Part shown: positions 42,681 to 46,889 of the stretch, in pieces
Layout: every line of letters begins with the position of its first letter
How positions within the stretch are numbered: the stretch's first letter is position 1
Assembly (NCBI GenBank): GCA_965213685.1
Contig: CBDBZY010000019.1
Location: 1 to 46,889, forward strand
Direction: 5' to 3'
Source: a bacterium
Lineage (GTDB): Bacteria > UBA8248
Length of the DNA stretch: 46,889 bases
Position numbers and translations under genes: made by a program
Notes under the pieces: model-generated
What the model was told of the DNA's origin: nothing
The model's database searches: none
What the model saw: the letters and a program-made list of their open reading frames with translations, nothing else

Positions 42681-44976
42681 TCGCGGCGCCTCTCCTGGGA
42701 GCGTCCTGTCCCGGGTAATGAATCCGATGATGATGGATGCCGACCAGAACGCGCATGAAAGCGTCCTGGATGTTGCTCAGATCCCTGAGCGTGAGGCTAC
42801 AGTTGTCCAGCTGTCCCTCCATGAAGGCGCTCTGGACGATCCTGTCGACCATGCCGCTCAGCCGCCCCAGGGAATGGTCGGAGAGAGAGTGCGTCGCCGC
42901 CTCCACCATGTCCGCCAGCATCAGGATGCCCGCCTCTCTCGTATGGGGCCTCGGGCCAGGGTAGCGAAAAATCTCCTCTTTCGCGTCCTCCCCGTTTTGT
43001 CTTTTCGCCTTCTCGTAGAAAAACCGAATCAGGGAGGTGCCGTGATGCTCCTGGATCAAATCCATAATCTCTCTGGGCAGCTTGTGGGTTCGGGCAAGCT
43101 CCACGCCTTCTTTCACGTGGTTGATCAGGATGAGCGCGCTCATGTTGGGCTTGAGCCTGTCGTGGCGGTTTTTCTGCCCCTGGTTTTCCACAAAATACTC
43201 CGGCTTCATCATCTTGCCAATGTCATGGAAATACGCGCCCACCCGCGTGAGGAGCGGATTCGCCCCGATCGCCTCGGAAGCCTCCTCCGCCAGGTTCCCC
43301 ACGAGGAGGCTGTGGTGGTAGGTGCCCGGCGCGTTGACGACCATCCTCCGGAGCAGCGGGTGGTTTTGGTCGGCCAACTCCAGGAGGCGCATGTCGGTCG
43401 TGAGCTGGAACATCGACTCCAGCAGGGGCAGCGCACTCGCCACGATGATGACGTTCGAGATACCGCCAAGCAGGGCGATGGGAATATCCCTCCACTGCAG
43501 CACCGCGGTGCGGAAACCGTCCTGCAAGTTGAAGCCCAGCGCGAGGGCAGCGCCCAGCAGGCCCAGGATGAGCGCCGCCTTGAGCACGGACGACCTGCGG
43601 CGATACTCCTTCCAGCGAATCGAGGCGGCCACGCCGCCGGCGAGGGCGACGATGCCGAAATGCATGTGGTTCGGCAAGATCAACGCGGCGAGAACGGCGG
43701 AGAAAACCGCCATCAACATCGCGGAGGAGCGCCCCTGCAAAATGGCCGCGAGGAAAGGAGCCGAACAGAAGGGAATGACGTAATAAAGCGATTGCAGCGG
43801 TATCCCCCGAAACGTTTCATGGAGCACCTGGGCGAAGAGAATCCCCAGCTTCAGCAAAACGGCCTGGACCAGGAGCAGCACCACGAAAAGGATGACGTTT
43901 TTCTGCGCGGACAGAAAAACCCGGTCATACTTCTTCACGCAGACCCACGCCAGGGCGAGCAGGATGAACACCACCAACGCCGTTCCCACGAAGTTGTCGA
44001 GCGCGTGGCTTTGCCGATAGATTTTCTCCAGGCCGTGAAGCCGGATGATTTGCCTCTTGCTCACCCGCTCGCCCTCGCGGACGATCATCTCCCCGCGCTT
44101 GAGAATCTCGAAAACCGGCTCGATGGCGGCGGCGGCCTTCTCCTGGCTCTGGAGGGTCGCCCTGTTGTTGAACGTCAACGTTGGCTGAATCATTTTGAAG
44201 ACTTGCGCGACGAGCAGCCCGACGATCCGCGCAGGGGCCTGGAGGTCCATCTTCCGCGTTTCGCGCCGGAGGAGCGCATCCACCTCCCGCAGCTCCAGGG
44301 GATTCATCAGCGCGTTGAGGGAAACGCGATTCCCCGTTCGGATGTCGCGCCCCGTAATCCCCTTGACCGCATGGGCCGCGTATAGCTGCTTGTCGCTCAC
44401 GATGTGGCGCGAGAAGGCCGCCTTCAGCAACCTGGCGACATCGTCCCGAATCCACCCAGCGAATCTCTCGGCCCTCAGCCAGGCCGACAACTCCCCGGGA
44501 ATCTGGCCGCCCATCAGTTTGCGGAACGCCTCCTCCGCCTTGACGTAGGAGGGCGCAGCGTACATTTCCCGATACGCTTCCGACTCGGCGAAGAGCGTCG
44601 CGCTCCTCTGCTTCGCCCGCTTGACGAACCGCTCGGTTTTCACCTTCTCCAGTTCAATGTCTATCGTCCTTTGAATGGCCTCGAACGCGCCGTTCAGCCT
44701 GTCGAGGACGGCTTTCGAGGGTTGCGCGTCAATATCGTAGTGCGGCAGCACTTTCCCCTTGGCCGCCTGCCGCTTCGCGTTCGTGGCGATGGGGTCCATC
44801 ACGCGCATGTCCTCGGGCGCCTTGATGTCTTTGGGAACGACATCGCCCGCCTGAAACGACACGCGCGGCGACGACACGTCCGCCGTGAGCAGAAAGGAGA
44901 GGATGAGGGCGAGTGCTCCGCCGAGGGTCCACGGGTACGCGCGCGTGCCGGCGAACGCCGACAGGGCGCGCAACAT
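42577..44976 (-). CDS. 7TM-HD phosphohydrolase (PgpH/YqfF family, putative c-di-AMP phosphodiesterase)
   Basis: Large extracytoplasmic domain, 7 TM segments, APGTYHHS, YFHDIGK, EHHGT, YPGPRP and MLAD. Conserved phoH-HD-ybeY synteny. Confidence 0.88.
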   Translation of the reverse strand: MLRALSAFAGTRAYPWTLGGALALILSFLLTADVSSPRVSFQAGDVVPKDIKAPEDMRVMDPIATNAKRQAAKGKVLPHYDIDAQPSKAVLDRLNGAFEAIQRTIDIELEKVKTERFVKRAKQRSATLFAESEAYREMYAAPSYVKAEEAFRKLMGGQIPGELSAWLRAERFAGWIRDDVARLLKAAFSRHIVSDKQLYAAHAVKGITGRDIRTGNRVSLNALMNPLELREVDALLRRETRKMDLQAPARIVGLLVAQVFKMIQPTLTFNNRATLQSQEKAAAAIEPVFEILKRGEMIVREGERVSKRQIIRLHGLEKIYRQSHALDNFVGTALVVFILLALAWVCVKKYDRVFLSAQKNVILFVVLLLVQAVLLKLGILFAQVLHETFRGIPLQSLYYVIPFCSAPFLAAILQGRSSAMLMAVFSAVLAALILPNHMHFGIVALAGGVAASIRWKEYRRRSSVLKAALILGLLGAALALGFNLQDGFRTAVLQWRDIPIALLGGISNVIIVASALPLLESMFQLTTDMRLLELADQNHPLLRRMVVNAPGTYHHSLLVGNLAEEASEAIGANPLLTRVGAYFHDIGKMMKPEYFVENQGQKNRHDRLKPNMSALILINHVKEGVELARTHKLPREIMDLIQEHHGTSLIRFFYEKAKRQNGEDAKEEIFRYPGPRPHTREAGILMLADMVEAATHSLSDHSLGRLSGMVDRIVQSAFMEGQLDNCSLTLRDLSNIQDAFMRVLVGIHHHRIHYPGQDAPRRGAANGGSHHKRAKAVGAGSQGAAEALGGHTARAPVRG

Positions 44977-45177
44977 CCCCTCTCCCACCGGCGCGCACAG
45001 GCGCCAACAGATATTCCTGTTCTTTCTGGCGGCTCTCCCTGCGCCGGCTCGATGAATCACGCAACTAGCCTCCAGAACCCTTTGGCGGTGGCGATGGGGG
45101 TGGAAGGAGTCCAAGACATACCGGCATATCGGAAAGCCCCCGTTGGCGCAAACGTCTGTTTCTGGCCAACTCGTCCA

Positions 45178-46134
45178 CTACAAGCTGTGCGCCTCGTATG
45201 CGGAAACGATTTTTCTCACCAGCTGCGTGCGGACGACATCCCGCTCGCTGAAGTGGATGAATTCCACTTCCTCGACATCCCCCAAAACCTCCTGCGCGTG
45301 AATCAACCCGCATCCGGAACCCTCGGGCAGGTCGCTTTGCGTGACGTCTCCCGTCACGACCGCCTTGCTGCCGGCGCCGAGGCGGGTGAGGAACATTTTC
45401 ATCTGCTCGCGCGTCGTGTTCTGGGCCTCGTCCAGGATGATGAACGAATCGTTCAGCGAACGCCCCCGCATATACGCGAGCGGGGCCACCTCTATCTCGC
45501 CCCTCTGGATGAGGCGCTCGGCCCGATCAAACTCCACCATGTCGTTCAGGGCGTCAAACAGCGGCCGGAGATACGGGTTCACCTTCTCCTGCAGGTCTCC
45601 GGGCAAAAACCCGAGCTTCTCGCCCGCCTCCACCACGGGCCGCGTCAACACGACGCGGGCATACGCCTTCTCCAGCAGGCCGGACACCGCCATGGCCATG
45701 GCCAGGTAGGTTTTCCCCGTCCCGGCCGGTCCGATGCCAAACGTCACCCCCTTCTCGCGAATCGCCCGGACGTATCGGCTCTGCACGGGGCTCTTGGGGA
45801 TGACGTGGCGCTTTTTCGAGAGAACCGATATGCGGTCCGCCACCAGGGAGCGGAGCGTGACGTCCTCTGCGGCCGCCACGGCGCGCGCCAGGGTCCCCAC
45901 GTTCAGCGAATCGAAGCGGAATCCCTCCTCCACGCAGCCCGCCAGTTCGTCGAGAAACAAGCGGGCCTTCTCCGCGTCGACGGGCGCGCCGTCGACCACG
46001 AAACCCTCCGATGCGAGCCGAATTTTTACGTCAAACGCCCTCTCCACGGAGCGGAGAGACGCATCCCGGTTGCCGAGAATGTGGATGAGCCTGTCCGGCC
46101 GCACCAGCGGGCTTGCAGAGGTTCTCGTCGCCAA
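45178..46134 (-). CDS. phoH: PhoH-family ATPase
   Basis: GPAGTGKTYLA, LTRPVVEAGEKLGFLPGD, APLAYMRGR, DEAQN and GDVTQSDLP. Confidence 0.93.
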   Translation of the reverse strand: MATRTSASPLVRPDRLIHILGNRDASLRSVERAFDVKIRLASEGFVVDGAPVDAEKARLFLDELAGCVEEGFRFDSLNVGTLARAVAAAEDVTLRSLVADRISVLSKKRHVIPKSPVQSRYVRAIREKGVTFGIGPAGTGKTYLAMAMAVSGLLEKAYARVVLTRPVVEAGEKLGFLPGDLQEKVNPYLRPLFDALNDMVEFDRAERLIQRGEIEVAPLAYMRGRSLNDSFIILDEAQNTTREQMKMFLTRLGAGSKAVVTGDVTQSDLPEGSGCGLIHAQEVLGDVEEVEFIHFSERDVVRTQLVRKIVSAYEAHSL

Positions 46135-46202
46135 AAGATTCGGGGCTCCTCGTATCTCTCATGCGTCTGGCTCGGGAGGAGTGGAAATCCACTCGGCCCC
46201 GG

Positions 46203-46231
46203 ATCGTAAGCCCGTCGATTGGAGGCGTCAA
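46203..46231 (-). promoter_or_regulatory. putative sigma70 promoter for the phoH operon
   Basis: TTGACG-N17-TACGAT. Confidence 0.5.
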
Positions 46232-46267
46232 CACGGGACTTCGCACTCCCCCCCTCCGCGCGACGCC

Positions 46268-46889
46268 CTACCCCCTCGGGTGACTTTTATCCAGGAGCTG
46301 GCGCAGCCTCCCCCCTCTCCACGTGCGTGTACACCTCGGTGGTCGAAATGTCCGAATGTCCGAGCATCGCCTGCACGGCCCGCAGGTCGGCCCCGTGATG
46401 GAGCAGGTGGGTCGCAAAGCTGTGCCGAAAGACGTGCGGGCTCACCCCTTTGCCCACGCCCGCCTTCATGGCCCACCGCTTGACCCGCGCCCAGAAGGCC
46501 TGGCGCGTCATGCCTCCCCCCCGGCGGGTGAGGAACACGTGGTCCGACTTGCCGGTGCGCAGCAGATGCGGACGCGCCATGCCGACATAATCCTCCAGGC
46601 ACTCCCGCGCGGCGTCGCCCATCGGAACGAGGCGGGATTTCCCGCCCTTCCCGTGAACGATGCAAAAGCCCGACTCCAGTTGAACCTGCGTGAGCCTGAG
46701 CTGGATGATCTCGCTCACCCGCATGCCGGTGGCGTAGAGAAGCTCGAACATGGCCCTGTCCCGAGCACCCTCGGGCGTCTTGTCGTCCGGAGCCTCCAGA
46801 ATCCTCCCCATATCCTCCTGCGAAAGCGTCTTGGGCAGGCGCTTCCACCTCGCAGGCTGCATGACGTCGGCCGTGAAATCCGCCTCCAC
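46268..46889 (-). CDS. xerD: site-specific tyrosine recombinase XerD (5' end outside window, +1 frameshift at ~46312)
   Basis: RDRAMFELLYATGMRVSE, GKGGKSRLVP, SPHVFRHSFATHLL..DLRAVQAMLGH..TTEVYTHV. The corrected tail is RLRQLLDKSHPRG*. Confidence 0.9.

Noticed and set aside
46268-46889. Tyrosine recombinase as a prophage or island integrase
   Set aside because: The sequence is XerD-like and sits among housekeeping genes, with no att repeats or cargo.

Overview
High-GC bacterial chromosomal segment, probably from a Nitrospinota/Tectomicrobia-like or deltaproteobacterium-like diderm (inferred from gene order only). It is almost entirely housekeeping genes on the minus strand. In transcription order these are xerD, phoH, pgpH-like HD protein, ybeY, HIT, lapA-like, mutS, DUF4390, an NtrY-like kinase, an NtrX-like regulator fused to LpxC, purM, purN, lolA, rseP, ispG, proS, two unannotated small ORFs, tRNA-Met, tilS, ftsH, pdxJ, nnr, tsaE, lptCAB, rpoN, hprK, EIIA-Man, HPr, metK, ahcY, amidase, der, EF-G2, SPOR protein, MerR, TPR protein and an FAD/Fe-S oxidoreductase. 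bioB is the only clear plus-strand gene. The stand-out feature is the lipid A enzyme LpxC fused in frame to the C-terminus of a receiver domain plus a degenerate sigma54-type AAA+ domain, replacing the usual DNA-binding HTH. It is encoded directly behind an NtrY-like histidine kinase, which suggests two-component control wired directly to the committed step of LPS synthesis. About ten single-base insertions, mostly in homopolymers, break conserved genes (27.5-35.8 kb and 46.3 kb) and look like sequencing or assembly errors. No mobile elements or CRISPR arrays were seen.
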